Source: Chiloscyllium plagiosum (Eukaryota). From it: a stretch of 36,291 bases of DNA. The stretch covers positions 180,599 through 216,889 of the forward strand of contig NC_057719.1 in NCBI RefSeq assembly GCF_004010195.1, written 5' to 3'. Of this stretch, positions 35,745-36,291 are shown one piece after another. Each line of letters opens with the position of its first letter. The stretch's first letter is position 1. The notes below the pieces were generated by a model. The model searched no databases. It worked only from the letters and a program-made list of their open reading frames with translations, and had not been told where the DNA came from. Position numbers and translations under genes: made by a program.

Positions 35745-36291
35745 GCAGGGGCATGGGAACCCAGACTGTAGCTTTAGGGTGCAGGACCTGGAGTGTAGGG
35801 AGGTTAGGAACAAGGCATCAATCTCAGATGAGGGTGCCTGTAAACAGGAAAGTTGCATGAAGTGTGTATATTTCAATGCAAGAAGTATACGAAATAAGGT
35901 AGGTGAACTTGCAGAGTGGGTTGGTACCTGGGACTTCGATGTTGTGGCTATTACGGAGACATGGGTAGAACAGGGACAGGAATGGCTGTTGCAGGTTCCA
36001 GGGTTTAAATGTTTTAGTAGGGTCAGAGGTGGGGGTAAAAGAGGGGGTAGTGTGGCATTGCTTGTCAAAGATAGTATTACAGCTGTGGAAAGGACGATGG
36101 AAGACGACTCGCCATCTGAGGTAGTTTGGGCTGAGGTTAGGAATAGGAAAGGTGAGCTCACCCTGTTAGGAGATTTTTACAGGCCTCCTAATAGTCCTAG
36201 AAACGTAGAAGAAACGATTGTGAGGATGATTCAAGAGAAGAGTGAAAGTAATAGGGTGGTTGTTATGGGAGACTTTAACTTTCCTGATATT
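35745..36291 (+). mobile_element. CR1 ORF2 start (APE endonuclease), open to the window edge
   Basis: ATG at 35857, 145 stop-free codons: KCVYFNARSIRNK, VVAITETW, KRGGSVALLVK, FYRPPNS, VVMGDFNFPDI. Confidence 0.9.

Overview
Repeat-rich vertebrate genomic DNA, most likely from a shark or other elasmobranch (inferred from the CR1, HE1-like SINE and Penelope repeat content). Two protein genes face each other tail to tail. GSKIP (+) has coding exons 3844-4107 and 5150-5308 (140 aa). The 3' part of a CYP46A1-like P450 (-) has seven exons from 33217 down to the stop at 20661; its 5' exons were not found in the window. Between them is an intact tRNA-Thr(TGT) at 15727-15799, preceded by a CpG-rich block with an array of CTCF-like sites. 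The rest is mostly transposon-derived: CR1 LINEs (some nested), tRNA-derived SINEs, Deu-domain SINEs, Tx1- and Rex-like fragments, a solo LTR, a 69-bp tandem repeat and a 553-N gap. The most notable signal is about 13 minimal hammerhead-ribozyme motifs (CTGANGA-helix II-GAAA-palindrome-NUH) in short Penelope-like inserts. These inserts have 13-16 bp target duplications, are often fold-back, and repeatedly start just 5' of the ribozyme core. Repeat boundaries are approximate, family assignments are by eye, and no database searches were run.
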